Shown piece by piece: positions 25,921-40,825 of a DNA stretch of 64,000 nt. The first letter of the stretch is position 1. The number at the start of each line of letters is the position of its first letter. Source of the DNA: Octopus vulgaris (taxonomy: Eukaryota). The stretch is from the NCBI GenBank assembly GCA_951406725.2, contig OX597822.1, positions 75,702,001 through 75,766,000 on the forward strand, in the 5' to 3' direction. The position numbers and the translations under genes were made by a program. The notes beneath the pieces were generated by a model that was given only the letters and a program-made list of their open reading frames with translations, made no database searches and was not told the origin of the DNA.

Positions 25921-26826
25921 CGGGGTGCGGTGAATAAACTGTCGTCTAAATTACGCAAAAATGAAAATCACACTGATATCTCTTTTTTAACAGATATATT
26001 TACCAAAATTACATAAAGGCATTTTGAAATACTAAAGAGTAAATTTGTTCAATAAAATATTCATTGGTTTCAAACACGGCCTCCAGATGATTTCGGTATC
26101 TCCTGCAACTCTTCTGGGCGGTCTACTTGTTTAAGTTGGTGAATGCTGCCATAATCCTTGCCTTCAGTTCATCTTGGGTGTTACAAGGAGTTTTGTTGCA
26201 CTTACGCACAACTGCGCCTACACAGGAGGTTGCAGTCTGGGGAGTTAGTCTGGGCAGTTAGAATGGGGAGTTGGTCTGGTGAGTTAGAATTGGGAGTTGT
26301 ACAGGGAGTTGCAGTCTGTGGAATTAGTGACCAGTTGTTAGCAGTGATGCGGTCGCAGAAATTGTCTGACAGCCATAACTGGGCTCTCGTGATTGTTTGG
26401 CATGGTGCAGAGTCCTTTTGCCTGACAGAGGGTCTTCCAGCAGCTAGCCTCTTGACCTAGAACAAGACTACCTTCTCCAGCCACTTGATGTAGGCGTCCG
26501 CGTTGAGTCTGAGGCTGTGTAGGAAGTGGAAAGAGACATACCGTCACCATCACTAATGATCACTCCAAGCACCATGATGTTTACTAGATGTTTGATTTTT
26601 ATCAGTCTAGTATATGTCCTAAGATTTACACCCAAACACTGAAATGTTCGCATTAGAGCTTCTGGTGCGAATGCCAAGCAGTACAGCACGTAGTTTCCAA
26701 ATGTCTGGCAGAGTGAATTGTCTAAATGATCCTACTATATTGTGTAGTCGATGAAATTCAAAACAAACATTACGCATGCTCGAAATTTAAAATATAATAT
26801 AGCGACAATTTACCCATCACACACTG
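25921..26826 (-). mobile_element. Internally deleted maT/DD37D-like transposon with imperfect TIRs and TA flanks
   Basis: TIRs cggggtgcggtgaataaactgtcg / cagtgtgtgatgggtaaattgtcg; peptides IKHLVNIMVLGVIISDGD, LRLNADAYIKWLEKVV, QKDSAPCQT, NSPDCN. Confidence 0.8.
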
Positions 26827-26837
26827 TATATGCATGC

Positions 26838-26871
<34 letters not shown>

Positions 26872-27061
26872 CTGCGTGTATGTGTATGTCTGCGTGTATA
26901 TATATATATATACTTGGAAAAGGATGCGTGGCGTTCGATCATATAATAATATAAATACTATATAAATATATGCATATATACATACATATATGTACATACC
27001 TACATATATATATATACATAGAAACGATCATTTTTCGGAGAACGAAAAAGAACAGAGAAAC

Positions 27062-27153
<92 letters not shown>

Positions 27154-27160
27154 AAACTTT

Positions 27161-29060
27161 GATATCTTAGATATGTTTGAACCAAAAATTGCTCCAAGCC
27201 ACGTCTAACTTAATATCACCACCTGATAGGGCTTGCTAAATTCTTCTAAGTCAAGCTTTGTGTTTTCATGGTCCATTCGTGTAGGGAGTTCTTGTTGAGT
27301 AAGTTGTGTCCAAGAACAGGTAGCTTATCTAATATTCCTTGGAGAAATTTGTCCAGATTCCGTTTAAAGGTAACGGGATCCTTTTCCTCTTTGCCCTGTT
27401 TCGGGACAATGTTAAATAGATCAGGGCCTGTTCAGGAAAAGAAATTGTGTTGCAGTGTATTTATGTGTTGTGATTCTGAACTGGGCAGGGGACGTATGGC
27501 ACGTGGTCCTAGCCTTGGATGAAATCTGAAACTAAAGTTGAGGTCATCTGGGTAATGCTGGTGGTATACATTTTCCACACCGTGCAAATGATGTATCGCT
27601 CACGGCGGCGCTGGAGAGAATAGAGTTTCAATACTTTAGGGCAGTCGCAATAATGGAGATCAGTCATGCCTTTAATTCTTTTAGTGAATGCCCTCTGGAG
27701 TGATTCAATTTTCGAAATGCTTTGTTTTATATGAGAAAGCAGTATTGGCGATGTGGCCATACAAAGGAGGAGAAAAGAGAAATTGATGACACCTTGTATT
27801 CTGAACCGAAATATTCTTAGGATCCAAGAGCACATCCTACGAGTTATATCGACCTTATTGTTGATGTGAGCACTCCAGCTGAGACTGTTGCCAACAATTA
27901 CACCTGGTAATATTAAATGCTGTAAGAGGTTCCCATGAAGGAAGAAAGTATGGCTGTTTTAGCATAGTCTTTCTTCCAAAATGCGTCAGCTCAAATGTTC
28001 CCTCGTTTAGTTGCATTTTGTCTGACCTTTGACTCACAGCATATAGATCAGACTAGAGTTCAATTCGGTCTTCTCCATTCATAATTTTCTGGAGCTTGGG
28101 GGTCATCAACGAATATTTTCACTTTGCTGTGTTTTATGACGCTGGAAAGGTCGTTTATATAGACTCTAAAGAAGAGCGGGCCCAAGACACTGGTGACTTT
28201 TGCTGGGCTTGAGTGGATTCTACCGATCACAAGTTGTTCTGTTCTCCAGGGAATACTCAAACCAGTGTAGTAGTTTTCTACGGATTCCAGCATTTGACAA
28301 TTTTGACTGTAGGATATTCTGGTCGACTCTGTCGAACGTTTTATTGAAGTCAAGATATATGACAACAGGGTTCGAACCTTATCCCAAGGCTTTAAGGACT
28401 TCATCAAAGTGTAAGAGCTGTGTTAGACAGTCCCTACTGCAGCAAAAGTCATGCTGGTTTGAATTTAGGAGATTGTGGCTCTCACCACTCTTTCAAACAC
28501 TTTAATGATATGAGAGGTGAGTGAGATTGGACGATAGTAGTCTGCGAGGGATCTGTTTCCCTGTTTGAAAACCAGGATGACGAAGTGGGATAGGAGCTGT
28601 TTCGGTATATATCCTGTGTCTAAAGAATTTCTCCAAAGGTTGGTCAGAGGGACTGCAAGTTGGTGTCTACATTCAATCAGGAAACTAGCGAGTAATCTAT
28701 CAGGGCATTAACCAGAATAGTATTTGATCTCATTTATTGCTACCCTGATGTCTGAAGCAGTAAAGGTTATGTCCGAGATTTTATGTTGGGAATCGACTTC
28801 GTTCACATCCCTTGCGTCAATATCACTGGGATCACTAAACACAGAGCAGTATTGTTTCTGCAGTGGTTTTGCCATTTCTTTAGCATCATTTTGGAGAATG
28901 CTTTTATCATCGATCAATGGACCAACGGATGAGACAGCCGTCCTATACTTATTTGCATATGAACAGGACACTTTTGGGTTCTGTTTGATTTTTTTTCTTT
29001 TTTTGATTACCCACTGTTCATCTGCACCTCATTTATTTTCAGTGGAGGTTTTTAATGTTT
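27161..29060 (-). mobile_element. CR1-like LINE, 5'-truncated ORF2 (RT) pseudogene
   Basis: SVLGPLFFRVYINDL..VKIFVDD (RT domains 4-5), KIESLQRAFTKRIKGM..LKLYSLQRRRERY; the 3' end aaacatatctaag is shared with 42665-43123. Confidence 0.9.
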
Positions 29061-29805
29061 GTCTGCAAATGATCTTTTTCCAACTATATATATATATATA
29101 TACACACACAAAATACAAAATATGGGTCTTTAGTTCACAGGTAATCTATATAAATATATATAGACACATGGCCTATACATATATATATATATACACGCAT
29201 GTATATATACATATATAAACACGCATGGCATAGTGGTCCGGGTGTTTCCCTCACGATCTTGATTTCAATTCCTAGACTGGGTCTGCGGTTACTTTGACAC
29301 TTGACACGCGGCTCGCAGTGCCTCTGTTGAGACAACGTCTACTTGATGGTCAGAGAGTGAGCTAATGTAGCTAAGCGTACCTGTGTGTGTATTACTTCTG
29401 TTACGAAGAATTACGCGGAGAAAACAAAGATGTTTGCTATATATTTACTGTAAAATTTTTATCTTGTTTGTCGTAAATTGATGACTTTCTTAAACGTTAC
29501 TTGTTAGTTACTTCGGAAACGCGAAATTCGAGGCAACGGAGTCCTTGCTGAACGAACGATGGTTTTCTATTAACGAAATAAACGAAAACTATGTTAAATA
29601 AAAAAAAATTCTCTGTTGAAATGTGTGCTTGAGAATTCTCTCATTTAAATAACTGTCACTGGTTAGCATATTATATTGCTCTAATTCCTGGAGGGATGGC
29701 ATTGATAAATATTCTAATTTTCTCTCATGATACAGCCAAAGTTCAGGCTTTACAATTAAAAATAGCTCATAGAAAAAGGTTCCCTCTTGTGAACAATAAA
29801 GCTAA

Positions 29806-29806
29806 T

Positions 29807-29842
<36 letters not shown>

Positions 29843-29845
29843 GTA

Positions 29846-29878
<33 letters not shown>

Positions 29879-29968
29879 GCATATATATGCATATATATGC
29901 ATATATATACATATATATATATATACATATACATATATATACACACACACACACATATATACATATAC

Positions 29969-30039
<71 letters not shown>

Positions 30040-30601
30040 CATTTACATATATATATATATACATATATATATACATATATATATATATACATGTATATAT
30101 ATACATATATATACATAAATATATATATATACATATATATACATATACATATATAAATATTTATATATACATATATACATATATACATATTTATATATAC
30201 ATATATATATATACATATTTATATATACATATATCTATATATACATATTTATATATGTACATATACATACATATATACATAAACATACATATATACATAT
30301 ATGTACATATATACATATATGTATATACATACATACATATATACACATATATATACACACATATATATATTTGTATATACATATATATGCACACATATAA
30401 ACATATATATACACACACATATATATATATGCATATATATATATATATGTATATACATATATATATACATATATATACATATATATATACATATATACAT
30501 ACATACATATATATAAATATATGTACATATATATATATATATATACATACATATATATATATCCACATACATAGGCACACACGCACACATACATATATAT
30601 A
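29806..30601. repeat. Compound (TA)n/(TACA)n low-complexity tract
   Basis: About 800 bp of A/T alternation with interspersed C/G. Confidence 0.95.
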
Positions 30602-31000
30602 AAGTTGTGTTATATTTAAATCTGTTGAGAACAACGGACCCTGTATCATTAAACTTGAATAAAGTAGCGTTTCGCCTGCTGTGCGGAGTATATGGAAATT
30701 CATCTTTGAAATTTGGTGGGAGGGATGGTTATTTGTATCTTGTACGTACTGTGCGATTGGCATTTAGTGTTTTAGAATTTGTCAGAGATTGTATAGAGTA
30801 TGTGTTGTATGAATTATGTTACATTAACAGATGGCAATAAGGAGGCAAGCTGGCAGAACCATTAACGCGACAGATAAGATACTGGTATTAAATGCTTGTA
30901 CAAAACCAGAAATTTCTGAGGAGGGTTAAGTCGATTGAATCGACTCCCGTGCTCAAATGGTACTTATTTTTATTAACCTAAATGATTAAAGATAGAGTTT

Positions 31001-31220
31001 GGAGGCGTAATGGTCCAGTAGTTAGGGCAAGGGACTCGCGGTTGTAGGAGCGCGGTTTCGATTTCCAGACGGAGCGTTGTGAGTGTTTATTGAGCCAAAA
31101 TGCCTAAAGCTCCAGAAGGTTCCGGCAGGTGGGTGGCGAACCCTGGTGTACTCTTTCACCACAACTCTCCTCACTCTTTCTTCTTGTTTCTGTTGAACCT
31201 GTATTTCAAAGGGCTAGCTC

Positions 31221-31258
<38 letters not shown>

Positions 31259-31397
31259 GCTGAATCTCCCCCCGAGAACTACATTGATGATACATATGTC
31301 TGTGAAGTACTCAACCACTTGCACGTTAATTTCACGAGCAGGCTGTTCCGTTAATCGTATGAACTAGAACTCTCGTTGTAACCGACGGAGTGCCACT
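31001..31397 (+). mobile_element. tRNA-derived SINE family C, inserted into a family B SINE (~30900-31440)
   Basis: ggaggcgtaatggtccagtagttagggc..ggtttcgatttcc head; 12-bp TSD taaagatagagt on both sides; the family B sequence resumes after it. Confidence 0.88.
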
Positions 31398-32647
31398 AAA
31401 GATAGAGTCAACCTCGGTGAAATTTGAACTCAGAACATAAAGACGTTACCACGTTTTAATATTTCTACTACAGACACAAGGTCTGAAATTTCGCAAGAGA
31501 GGATTAGCTGATTTCATCGACCCCAATACTCGAATGGTACGCGCTTTACTTCATTATTTCATCAACGCTAAGTAGGCAACACTGTCAGGCAAGTGATTTA
31601 GGGAAGTTATCAATAGACCTAGGCCCGAAAGTTCTCCGAAACAGACCGGTTAGTTGATCCTCGTCGACGCCTATAATTTCTCCGACAACGTCGTCGCACT
31701 TCCCCTCCACTAGTCCTCTATAGAACCCTAGAGTGGAACTACCTACAACTGCATTGAGAGTGTAATAATAATCACATCTAATAGAGCCCTATGTAGGAGG
31801 TGCTTGAGGATTTCCAGGATTTCACATTTCCAGGAATAGCGGGCGGAAAAGACGGATGGGTGAACGGATAATGTTCTTAAGAATTTATGTCTCATTATTA
31901 AAACTCGCATCTCCACGATCACTTCTTTTTCTAAATCTAATGATGTTACCTTTTAATATCACACTCAGTTTTCTCTGTCTGTGGTAGTGGCAATGGTAAT
32001 TTATCTCTCTTAGCTGTGCGGTGAGGGCTTCGGAGCAATTTTACCGCGCTTTTACCAGTCACTGATAATCAATTCACTTGTAGCTGTTTTCACTATTTCT
32101 AGCATCAAGTTGGGATTTTCGTATCAGTTTCACACCTCTGAACGCCTTTCAAACCTTCTCTTTCATTTCTGTGCGTTGTACTCGAGTTCCAACAACATTC
32201 AAATATTCAAATCGGGGTTCTGGTCTTCTTCTCGAATTTCAGCACTGTCTGATGTTATCTGTTTTAGTAAATTTTTCAATTATTGAAATATATTTGGAAG
32301 ATATATCTAATCCGTCTACACTGTATGGTTTCAAATAATTTTTTTATTAATTTTTATTACGCGTAGCAATTTGGTACCACCTCTTGGAATTATGTTCTGC
32401 TAATTCATTTTGACGAGGTGCTTTATAAATCCACATCCATTGTGTGTTTCGTGTAAGAGGTTTGTTAATGGGGTCTGAGGTAGGGCAGTGAGTAGAGAAG
32501 TAAGGAATCTGCCTGCAAGATTTCTAATCTTTTGGTTAAAGGGCTGGTTTTAATTACCTTCACTTCGCCTAATAGTAATATGGCGGTTTTCCGTTTTGAC
32601 ATGGTATCTTTCATTAACGTCATCGTTTTAAACATGATGATGCTCAC

Positions 32648-32945
32648 CATCATCATCATCATCATCGTCGTTATTGTCATCGTCATCATCATCATCATCG
32701 TCATCGTCATTGATGTCATCATCGTCATCGCCGTTGATGTCATCATCGTCATCATTGCCACCACCACCACACCACCACCATCATCGTCATCGACGTTGTC
32801 GTTAATGTTATCGTCATCGTCGGTGATGTCATCGTCCTCATCGTCATATCATCATTACACGACTACGACTACCACCACCATCACCACTACTACCATCAAC
32901 TATCAACATCATCATCGTCGTCGTTGATATCATCATCCTCAGCAG
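32648..32945. repeat. (CAT)n/(CGT)n/(CAC)n trinucleotide repeat
   Basis: Degenerate triplet array giving poly-I/S/H/M ORFs. Confidence 0.9.
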
Positions 32946-33020
32946 CAGCACACACACTTTCTCGGTTTCACCAACTGCTGTATTTGTGATTCTATACTGA
33001 CGTCGGTTGCTTTTCCAATA

Positions 33021-34090
<1,070 letters not shown>

Positions 34091-34162
34091 AAGAATTTTT
34101 ACGTAATGAGATAAAAAAAACCAAGGCTGTGTAGATATTAGAACATTATATATAGATAAAAG

Positions 34163-34210
34163 GTCTTACAGCTGTTTCCAGGATATTTATTATATCCCTT
34201 CATCAGAGAC
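34163..34210 (-). ncRNA. Minimal type-I hammerhead ribozyme, canonical core
   Basis: Minus strand: GUCU-CUGAUGA-A-GGGAUAU(AAUAA)AUAUCCU-G-GAAAC-AGCU-GUA-AGAC, with a 4-bp stem I, 7-bp stem II, palindromic loop 3 and a GUA cleavage triplet. Confidence 0.75.
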
Positions 34211-34332
34211 TGTATGAGAGGATGGTTAAGTAATAGTTAATTTAGAATGGATACAAAATAGAGAATGAGGTGGTGGAAAGGAAATAGATGTGAGATATGT
34301 AGGGATATTGAAGTTGTAGATCCATTTTTTAC

Positions 34333-34374
<42 letters not shown>

Positions 34375-35139
34375 ATTCCAGAGTTCTGTCAAAATCCTCT
34401 CTATCTTTGGTTTTGTAGTTTCCGCGAAAACTTTTACAAAGAGACTTAGTAATTTTTTTTTTTTTATCTAGAAGCCATTATATTTCGCCGTTTCACAGAG
34501 TCTATAAGAAGCGAAGAAGAGAGAAGATCGGTCAGAATATAATATACACTACTTTGCTTACTAATCTTCTTGTATCATTCTTTCCTTCCTTCCTACCACA
34601 CAAAACATCACACATATTTACACACACACACACGTACGCACATGCTCACACGTCTTTTAATAAATACCCGCTATATGTTTATATATAGAAAATTACAAGT
34701 ATATAAATGTCTTCTAAGTCACGAGGGATCTTTGAGAATCGCTACTTATCTCTCGTTTCATAAAATAAAGTGTGATCTTTAGTGCCACACACTGCACACC
34801 TAAAATGTTCTGACACCAGTTCCTGGCAGTTACGTGAATATTAAGCATGCACCATGTTGAATAAATAATTACAGCGAATCTGAAGTGCCAAAATAAGTGA
34901 TGCTAAACTTGTTGCTTTGACAGAATAATCTGTATGTATGTCTGTCTGTCTCCCTCTCGAAATCTCACGTTATAACTCTCGTTATATTTATAGGTGTGTG
35001 TAACTGTTTTTCTCTCCACTCACACATCTAATATTTGTATGTAACGATCAATGTACCTCTGAACATACATCGGTTTAAATATAACAATAGATATCAATTC
35101 CTTCAACCCCCTCTCACTTTCTCTCACTCACTCTATCTA

Positions 35140-35330
35140 CCTTTCTATCTATCTATCATCTATCTATCATATGTCTATCTATCATCCGTCTATCTATCAT
35201 CCGTCTATCTATCATCCGTCTACCTATCATCCGCCTATCTATCATCCGTCTATCTATCATCCGTCTATCTATCATCCGTCTATCTATCAACCGTCTATCT
35301 ATCATCTGTCTGTCTATCATCTGTCTGTCT
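35140..35330. repeat. 15-bp minisatellite (ctatctatcatccgt)n grading into (TATC)n
   Basis: About 11 tandem units; source of the YLSSV and IDRRM ORFs. Confidence 0.92.
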
Positions 35331-35544
35331 AACTTCCTATTAATCATCTGTCACTCTATCTATCTATCTATCTATCTATCATCTGTCTATCATCTGTCTA
35401 TCTATCATCTGTCTATCTATCATCTGTCTGTCTATCATCAGTCTGTCTATCTTTCTATCTATCATCTGTCCATCTATTATCTACTTATCTGTCTTCTGTC
35501 TGTATCTCTCTCTCTATCAAACTATCTATCTCTCTATCTTTCTT

Positions 35545-35643
<99 letters not shown>

Positions 35644-35989
35644 GTCTGTCTGTCTGTCTGTCCGTCCGTCCGTGTGTCTGTCTGTCTGTCTATGTGTCTA
35701 CCTGTCTATCTGTCTATCTGTCGACCTGTCTATCTGTCTACCTGTCTGTCTATCTATGCATGTGTATCCCTGTATGAGTGTGAATCTGCCTGTCTATAAT
35801 TATGTAGAGGAAGAAACGGAGAGACAACAGAAGATACACGTAGTTAATTACATAGAAAGACACATACCCGCACACTCTCTCTCCCACTCCCCTTCTCTCT
35901 TTCTCTGTATCTCATATAAACGCAATGTACGTAAAGTGATCTCTATATCCATTTACATATTTCGTTTTAAATGCACCGCCATGAATTCT

Positions 35990-36595
35990 TTGTGTGTGTA
36001 TGTGTGTGTGTGTGTGTGTGTGTGTATGTATATATAAATATGTGTATGTATGCATGTATGTATGTGTGTGTATGTATGTATGCATGTATGTATGTGTGTG
36101 TATGTATGCATGCATGTATGTATGTGTGAGTATATGTATGTATGTATACATGTATGCATGCATATATGCATGTGTGTATGTGTGTATGTATGTGTATGTG
36201 TACATATGCGAGAGCACGCTTCCAGGCTTACATGCATATATTTGTATATATACATATACAATTATATATACATATATATGTATATGTATTTATATACATA
36301 TGTATATATATAGATATATATTTATGTATATATATATGTATATATATATACACATATATGTATATATATATATATACATACATATATGTATGTATGTACA
36401 TATATGTATATATATATATGTATGTATGTATGTACATATATGTATATATATATACATACTTATATACATGTATATATATACACATATATGTATATATATA
36501 TACATACATATATACATGTATATATATACACATATATGTATATATATACATACATATATACATGTATATATATACACATATATGTATATATGTAC

Positions 36596-36640
<45 letters not shown>
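35990..36640. repeat. Compound (TG)/(TATG)/(TA) microsatellite
   Basis: Direct inspection. Confidence 0.95.
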
Positions 36641-36646
<6 letters not shown>

Positions 36647-37330
36647 ACATACGAATACCTTTATATACTGTGATATGGATATACCTAATTTTCTGTCTAC
36701 TAGTTACTTTAAACGGATAAATCAATTTGAAATATATCGATTAGGTTTATACATTAAATCACGTGTATATTGATCAAAAAATAAATGTATCAACGTCGAT
36801 GAACATTTGATTTATAGCATAAGTGCTTTTACACCTACGTGGAAAAATGCTTTATACACATATATACACCTACTCATATGCGTATATACAGATTTGTATA
36901 CATGCATCGTTACAAGCAAATATATACGTGTGTGTATTGGTTTCTATATACATATGTATGATTGAGAGGTATATAGATAGAAGACAATATAAAACAAACT
37001 GAATATTTATATTATCTCTATTCTTAACTGTTTGAAAAAAACCCACCCTAGTACCCGTACCCGCTAATGCATAGGCATCAGACATGCACATGATATACAC
37101 ATATACGGGTGCATATGTGCATGCGTGCTGGTGCGCTTGAAAGAATACAATATATAGATATATAATTCTTTTGAATGAAGTTTCCAGTTTTTTTATATAT
37201 TTATCAACATGTCAGTATACATGTAAGATCTCTACCTTTAACATGTATATACGCATATTAATGTGACTCATCCTACTACTTTTCTTCACCTCTCACATAT
37301 ATGTATTGCTACGCCTGCGTACATATGTAG

Positions 37331-37395
<65 letters not shown>

Positions 37396-37735
37396 ACGAT
37401 ATACATATATATATATGTGTGTATATTTGTGTATTAATCTGAGTTGCAATGTATGCATGCACCTCTCTCTGTTTCTATCTATCTCTCTATCTCTCTCTCT
37501 CTGTCTGACTTTCTGTCTTTTTCAGTATATGCATGTATGTATGTATGTATATACATATATATATGTATATATATATATATATATATATACAAAAACGTAT
37601 ATATATACATCTATTTATATATGAATATATATGCATATATATATATGTACCTATATACACATACATACATTATATATATATACATATGTGTATCTGTATA
37701 TATATATATATATGTGTGTGTGAGTGTATATATAA

Positions 37736-37811
<76 letters not shown>

Positions 37812-37814
37812 TAT

Positions 37815-38370
37815 AACGTTCCAAGGCTGATCAAGATACTCTTTTAGAATATGATCGAATGAGATTTATTTTTCAACATTACCGCCTATCACCTATCTAC
37901 GGTCAAGACGCATCTTTCATCGTTGTTGCAGTGCCTTGCTGCCATTGGTGAAGAAGCTTTCATCTTATTGGTCAAAAAAGTCATCACTAGCAGATATGCC
38001 CAATCATCACCACCTCAATACTCGTTCCAATCTGTGTTTCTTGACGTTTCGGAACAGACGATAGATGATCACATCTCACCTGCTCCAAAGAAGACCAAGA
38101 TCGTTCCATCTGCAGAGGTGGTGATGGTCTCAGTGTTTTCGGATGCAAAAGGCACAGTGTTTATTGGCTATTTTCAAAAGGGCCATATCATAACACTACG
38201 CCAAGTAGTTCACGCAGTTACGAAAGTCTGTCACGACCAAACACCCGAAAACCTAGCTAAAAGTCTATAGTTTCATCAGGACAATGCTCCATCACTTAAG
38301 TCCTTGCTGTCCATGACCTGTAGATTTGAACAGATTGTCACCCTCCCTGTTCTCCTGGTTTGTCCTCATC
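37815..38370. mobile_element. Rearranged mariner relic (3' end on - strand, catalytic region on + strand)
   Basis: Plus strand: PAPKKTKIVPSAEVVMVSVFSDAKG, FHQDNAPS, HPPCSPGL. Minus strand 37860-38060: KALQQR*KMR (C-terminal-like). Confidence 0.7.
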
Positions 38371-38881
38371 AATTAATAGTAGTTGGGAAGTAAACTTATT
38401 ACCATACAGCCACGCCTTTTTGTGTCTGTGTTTCTCATCTCTAACGCGTAACAACTGGTGTTGCTTTGCATACATGGCTGTACGTAAGTGCTTCTGCAAA
38501 AGAAACAGACTAAGTACAAGAATTACTAAGAAAAGTTTCACGTACAGGAGGCGATGTTGTTGAATAAACACCTCTTCAAACCATCGATCCAATGACTGAA
38601 GCAATTAAACGATAAGACCCTGGAATTTGGAGTAAGAGGCTATGCCGAGTACGCTTGTACTCAGTACTCTGCATACATCTGTTTTCTATTATTCATCTGT
38701 CTAACTCTTGGAAGAGAAATAGAATTGTAAATACAGTTGTCAGTAGCCCTTTCCTCACCATTTACTCACCTACCAGGTCAACCCTGATTAAGCAAATTTA
38801 CATCAACGGAATTCTAACCATGACCATTCCCATGGTTGTGTAGGAAAAGATATATAAATAATATTCTTGCATATTTTTTTG

Positions 38882-39293
38882 TATTCTTTTACTTGTTTCA
38901 GTCATTTGACTGCGGCCATGCTGGAACACCGCTTTTAGTCAAACAAATCGAACCCTGGACTTATTCTTTGTAAGCCTAGTGCTTATTCTGTCGGTATCTT
39001 TTGCCGAACCACTAAGTTGCGGGGAGATAAACACACCAACATCGGTTGTCAAGCGACACACCAACATCAGTTGTCAAGCGACGGTGGGTGACTAACACAC
39101 ACACAAACATATATATAGAGAGAGACTATATGCGTGGGCTTCTTTCAGTTTCCGCCTACCAAATCAATTCACAAGGCTTTGGTCGACCCGACACTATAGT
39201 GGAAGACACTTACTTGTCCAAGGTGCCACGTAGTGAGACTGAACTCAGAACCATATTGTTGGGCAGCAGGCTTCTTACCACACAGCCACGCCT
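38882..39293 (-). mobile_element. SINE family A, full length, with an internal 24-bp tandem duplication
   Basis: acacaccaacatcggttgtcaagcg is repeated at ~39031-39081. Confidence 0.88.
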
Positions 39294-39929
39294 GGAATAT
39301 GAAGACATTTCTTTGGCTGAAGATATACATATGGAGTTGTTGGTTGTTATTGTCGTCTCCGCATTGACTTGTATAAAAACAGCTTTTGTTGTTGTTTAAC
39401 CCCAGGTTGAGCCTCACTGAATAGATCTACGAATAAAGGCATTCAAGCCATGAGCATCCAACCTTTTATTCAGATGCAGTATATCTGGGATCACATTATC
39501 CAATGTGTTCTCCCTGTTTTAAAGTATTAGAGTACATTGCAGTGAAATTGTGATACTTTTTCTAGCAAAAGTTTTCGATTACTGGTAAAGGTTCCCTCAA
39601 TGGCTATTGTACGACGGGGTGCAAGAAAGTTCCTCGCTTTCGGTAAATTACAGGAAGATCCGTTAATCATAATTCTATTCAACCCGAGTACATCGACCCC
39701 AGTACCCGACTGAAACATGATATTATCAACCTTCACAGGATATAATACAAAGTCAACGTCGGTTGAATTTGAACTGAAAAGAGCACGAAATGCCGCCACG
39801 TATTTTATCCGGCACACTAATGAATCCGCCAGTTCACCGATTTAATAATGGTAAATATTAATAATACTCTGGGACCAAGAGCTCAGTGGGGGTGGAAAGC
39901 AGGTTAAAGAAATGGTGGAATAAATTCTC

Positions 39930-40053
39930 AACCACATGGTTCCGGGTTTAGTCCCACTGCATAGCATCTTGGTCAAGTGTCTTCTACTATAGCCTCGGGC
40001 CGACTACAGCCTTGTGAGTGGATTTGGTAGACGGAAACTGAAAGAAGCCTTTC

Positions 40054-40095
<42 letters not shown>

Positions 40096-40336
40096 CTGTG
40101 TGTGTGTGTCTGTGTGTGTGTATGTTTCTGTGTGTGTGTTTGTACCCCCACCATCGCTTGACAACCGGTGTTGTTGTGTTTGCGTCCCCGTAACTTAGCG
40201 GTTCGGTCAAAGAGACCGATAGAATAAGTACTAGGCTTGCAAAGAATAAGTCCTGGGTTCAATTTGTTCGACTAAAAGGTGGTGCTGCAGCATGGCCGCG
40301 GTGAAATTACCAAAACAAGTGAAAGAATAAAAGAAT
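39930..40336 (+). mobile_element. SINE family A, lacking the first ~30 nt
   Basis: aaccacatggttccgggtttagtccc..ggtgctgcagcatggccgcg..aaagaataaaagaat. Confidence 0.88.
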
Positions 40337-40519
40337 ATCTCGTCTGATGCGAGTTCAAATTCAACTTCGTCGATCTTATGTTTATCTCAAAGATCTTTCT
40401 TCAACACATTTCTCACTCTGTAAATGTGGGTCACTTAGTAACCTCGGCACATTGAAAACTGAAATTCAGTCCGTGCGAGATATGAGGTGGTTAAAACGAT
40501 TTTTTTTTAAATGCCGCTT

Positions 40520-40825
40520 CGTTGGTTCCGAGTTCCAGTTGATCCGATCAACCGAAGAGCCTACTTGTGAAATTAACGTTCAAGTGACTGAGCATTCTAC
40601 AGACATGTGTACCCTTAACATAGTTCTCAGGGAGAGTGAGTGTAACACAGACTGAGACAAGTCTGGCCATTGGAAATGCACGTACAACTCGTTTTTGTCA
40701 GCTAAATGTAGTGGAGCAACGTGAAATAAAGTTTTTGCTCAAGAACAAAATTTGCCGCCGGGAATCGAACACACGGCATTACAACCATGTGCCCAATATC
40801 CTAACCACTACACCACACTCCTTCA
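40520..40825 (-). mobile_element. tRNA-derived SINE with family C 3' module
   Basis: gtgaaattaacgttcaagtgactgagcattctacagac module; head ending ccgggaatcgaac..cctaaccact. Confidence 0.75.

Noticed and set aside
26228-26335. CRISPR-like repeat-spacer array
   Set aside because: Units are short, degenerate and lack unique spacers; eukaryotic transposon context with no cas genes.
31560-32600. Possible LINE ORF1/gag-like remnant on the minus strand
   Set aside because: Only a vague WKCE motif with multiple stops; cannot be supported by eye.
32465-32945. Poly-Met/Ile/Ser/His ORFs
   Set aside because: Trinucleotide repeat artefact.
34472-34530. Possible exon (..atctag|aagcc..gatcg|gtcaga)
   Set aside because: Weak donor, ambiguous frame, and no recognisable protein.
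35035-35347. YLSSV / IDRRM repeat ORFs
   Set aside because: A 15-bp minisatellite derived from (TATC)n, with no coding evidence.
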